NCBI GenBank assembly: GCA_041309365.1
Contig: JBFYZU010000103.1
Coordinates: 1,463 to 65,462 of the forward strand
Source of the DNA: Myxococcota bacterium
Lineage (GTDB): Bacteria > Myxococcota_A > Polyangia > DRWM01
Direction of reading: 5' to 3'
Length of the DNA: 64,000 nt
The position numbers and the translations under genes are program-made. Every line of letters starts with the position of its first letter. The stretch's first letter is position 1. Below are positions 59,983 through 64,000 of this stretch, in pieces. The notes under the pieces were generated by a model that saw only the letters and a program-made list of their open reading frames with translations, had not been told where the DNA came from and searched no databases.

Positions 59983-61701
59983 TCAGAAGCGGAACAGGGC
60001 GCCGAGCCTCTTGCCGAGGATCTGCGCAGCCACCAGGATGGTACCAGCGAGGAGCAGCATTCCCCACACGCCCAGCGCCGATGCCAGGGCCTCGCCGTGC
60101 TGCAGCCTGAAGCCCAGCTCCCAGATGGCCTTGGTGACCGGGTAATCTTCGGGCCAGTAGGCCAGTATGAGGCTGTCGGAGACCTCGAGCACCGCGAAGG
60201 AGAAGGCGAGCAGGGCGGCAGCGACCAGGTTGGCTGCCACGAGGGGCATGGTGACGCTCCGAAGCGTCCTTGCGACTCCCGCGCCGAGGTTCTGGGCGGC
60301 CTCCTCGAGCGCGACGCTCGTCTGTTGAAGCCCGGCTGCGGCGGCGCGAACCACGTAGGGCATCCTGCGGATGGCATAGGCGATGACCAGGAGGATGGTG
60401 GGATCCGTGGTGCGCGGGTCCAGGGGCGAGAGCAGGTTGCCAGGTCGGGTCAGAGCCACGTAGCCGAAGGCCATGACGATGCCGGGGACGGCCAGCGGGA
60501 GCATGCTCAAGGCATCCAGAACCGTGCGTCCCACGGCCCGCGTCCGGACGACGACGTAGGCCACGGCAAATCCCAGCACGAGATCCACGACCGTGCTCAT
60601 GGAGGCGTATCCGAGGCTGTTGATCACCGCGGGCAGGCTGACGGGGCTCGTGAGGGCCTCGTGGTGATGCGCCAGGGTCCAGCCGGTTGGTATAATAGTA
60701 CCTTGCCAGCGCTCCGCCAGGCTCAGAAGGACCACTCCCACGTGCGGGATGACGGCGAGGCAGAACACGGCGAGAAACGGCGCTGCGGCTGCCATGGACC
60801 CCAGGGGACCGAGCACCCTGGTGCGCGCCGCGGCCCCTGCCTTGACCACCATGGCGTGCGAGGACCTGCCCAGCACGAGCTTGCCAACGACGTACGCGAG
60901 GACCGAGGAGACGAGCATGATCACGATGAGAGCGTAGGGTTGCGGCCGGATGTCGATGTCGCTCAATCCGCGGAAGACCTGCACGGAGGTTATCTGGTTG
61001 AAATCGAACATGAGAGGCGTGCCGAGCTCGGTGAAGCTCCAGATGAAGACGATCGATGCGCCGGCGAAGATCCCTGGCCGCATGAGAGGCAAGGTCACGC
61101 TGCGAAGCACGCGCACGGGCGAGCCCCCCAGGTTGGTGGCGGCCTGCTCCAGGGTCGGATCCACGTTCGCCAGCGCTGCCTGAACATTGAGAAGGAAGAT
61201 GGGGTAAAGGTGCAGGGCCTCGAGAAGAACGATGGCCGCGAATGCGTGATCTCCGAGCCAGTTCGGTGCGAAACGCGGATCCACGAGCCCGAGATTCTCG
61301 AGGAGCAGGTTGATGGGACCGTCCATCCGGGCGAGCATCCTGCGCAGGCCGATGGCCCCCACGAACGGTGGGAGGATCATTGGCACCAGCACGAGCGCAG
61401 AAACGATCTTCTTGCCGGTGAAGTCAAGCCGGCTCGCGATAAGGGCCAGAGGAACGGCGATGAGGCCGCAAAGGAGCGTGACGCAGCCGCCGATGGCCAG
61501 CGAGTTGACGAGGCCCTGGCGGTACACTTCCCGGGAAAAGGCGTTGAAGACGAAGAACAGGGTCGGCTCCCCGTTCACCACGAACCCCGAGGCCACCACT
61601 CGCACGATGGGCATGACCAGCAGCGCACCTAGCACGGCGATGAGGGCGGCGCACAGGGACTGCTCGGCGGCTCGCCTATCCATCGTCAGCCTCGCGTGCA
61701 A
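59983..61701 (-). CDS. Fe3+/thiamine-type ABC transporter permease (two fused transmembrane domains)
   Basis: Duplicated 6-TM permease with two EAA-like loops. 572 aa, typical of FbpB. Confidence 0.75.
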   Translation of the reverse strand: MHARLTMDRRAAEQSLCAALIAVLGALLVMPIVRVVASGFVVNGEPTLFFVFNAFSREVYRQGLVNSLAIGGCVTLLCGLIAVPLALIASRLDFTGKKIVSALVLVPMILPPFVGAIGLRRMLARMDGPINLLLENLGLVDPRFAPNWLGDHAFAAIVLLEALHLYPIFLLNVQAALANVDPTLEQAATNLGGSPVRVLRSVTLPLMRPGIFAGASIVFIWSFTELGTPLMFDFNQITSVQVFRGLSDIDIRPQPYALIVIMLVSSVLAYVVGKLVLGRSSHAMVVKAGAAARTRVLGPLGSMAAAAPFLAVFCLAVIPHVGVVLLSLAERWQGTIIPTGWTLAHHHEALTSPVSLPAVINSLGYASMSTVVDLVLGFAVAYVVVRTRAVGRTVLDALSMLPLAVPGIVMAFGYVALTRPGNLLSPLDPRTTDPTILLVIAYAIRRMPYVVRAAAAGLQQTSVALEEAAQNLGAGVARTLRSVTMPLVAANLVAAALLAFSFAVLEVSDSLILAYWPEDYPVTKAIWELGFRLQHGEALASALGVWGMLLLAGTILVAAQILGKRLGALFRF

Positions 61702-63034
61702 GCTCTACGATCCGCAGGTATCGTTGTTTGAAGAAGCGATACCAGCGCTCCTCGAGCTTTTCCGCCTCGATGGGATCGTCCATCAGATCCGCGTTCGCGA
61801 GGATCTGCCCATCATCGAACGGGGGTTCGTCGAAGAGCTTGGCGAGCCTCGTGTCCGAGGGGTTTTCGCATATGGCCTTCCATGCCTTGCCCATGAGGGC
61901 ATCGAGCTGGATGCAGGAAGTCTTGATGAGCGGCCCGATGAGCCGGGAGCGCATCTCGAACAGCCCCTCGTCCAGGATGAACCCCTGACCGTCCAGGAAG
62001 GGACGCGACTCGATGATGAGCCGCTCGCCCGGCTCGTACAGCTTGGTCAGTATGGGTGGCCTGAACAGCTCGTGCTTGACCGGTCCGCCGGGAGAACCCC
62101 TGGGCGAGGCCCAGAGCCTCTGCCCCTTCTCGGACAGGACGAACTCGACGAAGCGGACAGCCAGCTCTTTGCGTGGAGTGCCCCTGATGACGGCTATCGG
62201 ATCGGGAGTGTACGCCGTTCCGCCTCTGGGGACGTTGAACCCGAGGATGTCCGACCCGCTGTGCGAGATCTGGGTATAGGCATAGAAGTCGATGGCCATC
62301 CCGGCCAGCGCCTGGCCGGCACTCACGTCGCGCACCACGTCGGAGCTGGACCTGGGGAACGAGGAGGAGTTGGCCGCGATCCTGTGCAGCAGCGGCCAGC
62401 CATCACACCAGCCGTGCTGCTGGAGGATCATTTCGTAGGCGGCCTGGGCACTGCCACTCTCGGTGGCATCTGCGAGCTCGATGTTGCCTGCGTACCTCGG
62501 GTGCGCGAGGTCATCCCACCTGACGGGCTCCGGCCATCCCCTCTCGACGTGGCTTTTGCGGTGAAAGAGGATGCCGAAGCCGTTGACCGTGGTGCCGTAC
62601 CAGTTACCCTGCAAGTCGCGGTACCTGATGCCGGAGAAGCTGGCGGGGATGCCGTCGAGCAGGGCGGGATCGACGTCTATCGGCTCGAGGTAGCCGGCCT
62701 CGCGCGCCTTCTCGAAGGCCGGAGTGCCACCGCCGAACATCACGTCGACTCCCACCGGTCGCCCCTCGCGGGCGGCCGCGAACTCCGACTCCAGCATCCT
62801 CATGATATTGCCGGTACCTCTTGCAGGCTGCCACCTGATGACTCCCCTGTACCCGCTCTCCCTTTCGTGCTTCTCGAACGCCAGGGTGAATTCCTCACGG
62901 ATGGCCTCGTCGTGAGGCGAGACCACCACGAGCGTGTCAGGATCCGACCGGACCGCGCCGCGGTTGCTGCATCCCCCGACGAGGGAAGCGACCAACGTGA
63001 GGCAGGCTATCCGGCACGAACCTGCCACCTTCAC
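61676..63034 (-). CDS. ABC transporter periplasmic substrate-binding lipoprotein (FbpA/iron(III)-type family)
   Basis: Lipobox LVGGC. SBP-type fold. Lies between the ATPase and permease genes. Confidence 0.65.
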   Translation of the reverse strand: MKVAGSCRIACLTLVASLVGGCSNRGAVRSDPDTLVVVSPHDEAIREEFTLAFEKHERESGYRGVIRWQPARGTGNIMRMLESEFAAAREGRPVGVDVMFGGGTPAFEKAREAGYLEPIDVDPALLDGIPASFSGIRYRDLQGNWYGTTVNGFGILFHRKSHVERGWPEPVRWDDLAHPRYAGNIELADATESGSAQAAYEMILQQHGWCDGWPLLHRIAANSSSFPRSSSDVVRDVSAGQALAGMAIDFYAYTQISHSGSDILGFNVPRGGTAYTPDPIAVIRGTPRKELAVRFVEFVLSEKGQRLWASPRGSPGGPVKHELFRPPILTKLYEPGERLIIESRPFLDGQGFILDEGLFEMRSRLIGPLIKTSCIQLDALMGKAWKAICENPSDTRLAKLFDEPPFDDGQILANADLMDDPIEAEKLEERWYRFFKQRYLRIVELAREADDG

Positions 63035-64000
63035 GGCTCCCCGTCCGGGAGGATCACGAGGCAGTCAGGGACCACGGTCACGCACACCTCGTCGCCCGGC
63101 CGAAGCTCGGGTGAACGGCCCTGCGTGACCGTGATGGTCGTGTCGCCGGCCTCTACCTTCACCTCGGTACGCTCGCCGAGGAACGTCACGCTCTTCACCG
63201 TGCCCCCGACCCCTGCGCCGACACCGTGCGACAGGGTGACGCAAGCGGGACGCACGGAGCACGTCACCCTGTCACCCGGACGTGCACCCTCATGGAGCCT
63301 TGCGGCGGGCAGGATACCAAACGCGCTATCCACACTGGCAGCCATTCCGACCTCGTGGATGCGTGCCGCGAACAGGTTGGTATCTCCCATGAACCTCGCG
63401 GCGAAATGGCTCGCTGGCCGATCGTAGATCTCTCGCGGAGAGCCCACCTGCTCGATACGACCGTCGCGCATGAGCGCAATCCTGTCCGCGATGGCCATGG
63501 CCTCGTGCTGATCATGCGTGACGTAGAGTGCGGTGAGCCCCGCTTCTCGGCAAAGGCCCCTTATCTCGTCGCGCATCTCGATGCGCAGGCCCGCGTCCAG
63601 GTTGCTCAGCGGCTCGTCAAGGAGCAGCACCCTGGGCTTGACCACGAGGGCCCGGGCCAGTGCCACTCGCTGCTGCTGGCCACCGGAGAGCTGGCCGGGC
63701 TTGCGCCCGGCCAGGTCGGAGAGCTTCACCTGCTCGAGTGCAAGAGCCACTGCGGCTCGGCGCTCGCGAGACGGCACCCCCCGCACATCGAGCCCGAACC
63801 CCACGTTCTTCTCCACGCTCATGTGCGGCCAGAGGGCATAGCCCTGGAAGACCATGACCGCTTCGCGCAGGCGTGCGGGCATACGCGTCACGTCCCTGTC
63901 TCCCAGCAGGATCCTGCCCCTGTCGGCCATCTCCAGACCGGCCACGATACGGAGGAGGGTCGTCTTCCCGCAACCGCTCGGGCCGAGCAAGAAAAAGACC
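63031..64000 (-). CDS. ABC transporter ATP-binding protein (FbpC/PotA-like), 5' end beyond window
   Basis: Walker [10 protein letters not shown]. Signature LSGGQQQRV. Walker B LLLDEP. C-terminal TOBE-like domain. Truncated by the window edge. Confidence 0.85.
   Translation of the reverse strand, partial: VFFLLGPSGCGKTTLLRIVAGLEMADRGRILLGDRDVTRMPARLREAVMVFQGYALWPHMSVEKNVGFGLDVRGVPSRERRAAVALALEQVKLSDLAGRKPGQLSGGQQQRVALARALVVKPRVLLLDEPLSNLDAGLRIEMRDEIRGLCREAGLTALYVTHDQHEAMAIADRIALMRDGRIEQVGSPREIYDRPASHFAARFMGDTNLFAARIHEVGMAASVDSAFGILPAARLHEGARPGDRVTCSVRPACVTLSHGVGAGVGGTVKSVTFLGERTEVKVEAGDTTITVTQGRSPELRPGDEVCVTVVPDCLVILPDGEP

Overview
This is a high-GC (about 65-70%) chromosomal segment that looks myxobacterial / deltaproteobacterial. 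The evidence is Cys-rich 'myxo' repeat lipoproteins, an AgmX/PglI-type C-terminal domain, bactofilin, CdnL and PilT. It is gene-dense, with about 57 CDS on both strands. I found no rRNA, tRNA, CRISPR array, transposase or integrase. Because of the GC content, most long antisense ORFs in the six-frame track are artefacts.

Housekeeping genes recognised: pyrE, pyrG, ftsK, mutL, selB, cysE-cysK, pilT, an rpoD-family sigma factor, cdnL, an S41 C-terminal protease, htrA, a PP2C phosphatase and a Fe3+ ABC importer (partial at the 3' window edge).

Accessory clusters of most interest:
1. A tightly packed six-gene plus-strand operon at 47.8-53.8 kb: a C1 cysteine protease with a PKD domain, an S1 serine protease with C-terminal Cys repeats, DUF4352, an unknown gene, a FliH/SctL-like protein, and an M50 site-2 protease.
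2. An orphan ExbD/TolR next to an FHA + AgmX/PglI C-terminal (TonB-C-like) protein and a PP2C phosphatase. This looks like a gliding-motor (Glt) module.
3. Two tandem paralogous Cys-rich lipoproteins followed by a processive GT2 (QxxRW) and a GT39/PMT-like glycosyltransferase.
4. Twin mini-genes for Lys/Ala-rich histone-H1-like proteins built from 18-nt tandem repeats, behind a 530-bp AT-rich leader.
5. A fused TIGR03960/TIGR03936 radical SAM gene translationally coupled to a 65-aa ORF, convergent with an orphan selB.
6. A CpXC zinc-ribbon / coiled-coil / HEAT protein of 884 aa, co-operonic with a metallophosphoesterase.

Several short tandem and direct repeats and one non-canonical start-codon candidate are also reported.
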